NCBI GenBank assembly: GCA_043778225.1 | Contig: JAYWGM010000023.1 | Coordinates: forward strand, 1-37,179 | DNA: 37,179 nucleotides | Direction of reading: 5' to 3' | Source of the DNA: Deinococcales bacterium | Lineage (GTDB): Bacteria; Deinococcota; Deinococci; Deinococcales; JAAFIG01 | Shown: positions 37,094 through 37,179 of the stretch, piece after piece | Layout: every line of letters starts with the position of its first letter | Numbering within the stretch: position 1 is the first letter of the stretch | Notes under the pieces: generated by a model | The model's input: only the letters and a program-made list of their open reading frames with translations | What the model was told of the DNA's origin: nothing | Database searches by the model: none | Translations under genes and position numbers: made by a program

Positions 37094-37179
37094 GGAAGTT
37101 CGTAGAACTTCCCGACTAAAAGGAGTATCAACAAATATCGTCTTTGACAGGTACGAAGCAATCCGCGTTTTTTGCGGAT
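37082..37179. mobile_element. Probable MITE-like or repeat insertion running off the window edge
   Basis: PIN frame ends abruptly at ATACCAAATTGA; two perfect hairpins within 100 nt. Confidence 0.5.

Overview
Chromosomal, mostly housekeeping window from a Deinococcota (Deinococcales-like) bacterium. The taxonomic call rests on the L33, PII, RecO and IF3 sequences and on many leaderless TANNNT-N5-8-start genes; GC looks only moderate by eye. Gene order: tuf(3' end)-rpmG-secE-nusG-rplK-rplA (rplJ/rplL absent), methyltransferase, GNAT, glgC, thioesterase, divergent amt/PII, LapA-like, HD protein, hemW, HtrA-like protease, Gfo/Idh/MocA, YceI, cyclophilin, GAF-PAS-PAS-DUF4388 sensor, TetR-MFS-DUF418, GlcG-like, a frameshifted glutaryl-CoA-dehydrogenase-like gene, an S41 peptidase, a GntR/FadR-linked LIV-type ABC operon with two binding proteins, ALDH, an orphan family-5 binding protein, infC, pgeF, a Pro-rich E3-binding-domain protein, recO and an interrupted antitoxin-PIN toxin pair. 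The strongest unexplained signal is massive iteration of the palindrome CTCGAG: about 60 copies by hand count in the first 10 kb versus 2-3 expected, in all reading frames and in non-coding DNA, like cyanobacterial HIP1. Other notable items are short tandem duplications (one frameshifting and fusing genes), an unannotated 30-aa secreted peptide, a structured intergenic RNA-like element, GTAG-type REPs, octamer repeat arrays, a possible GTA start for infC and a MITE-like insertion at the right edge.
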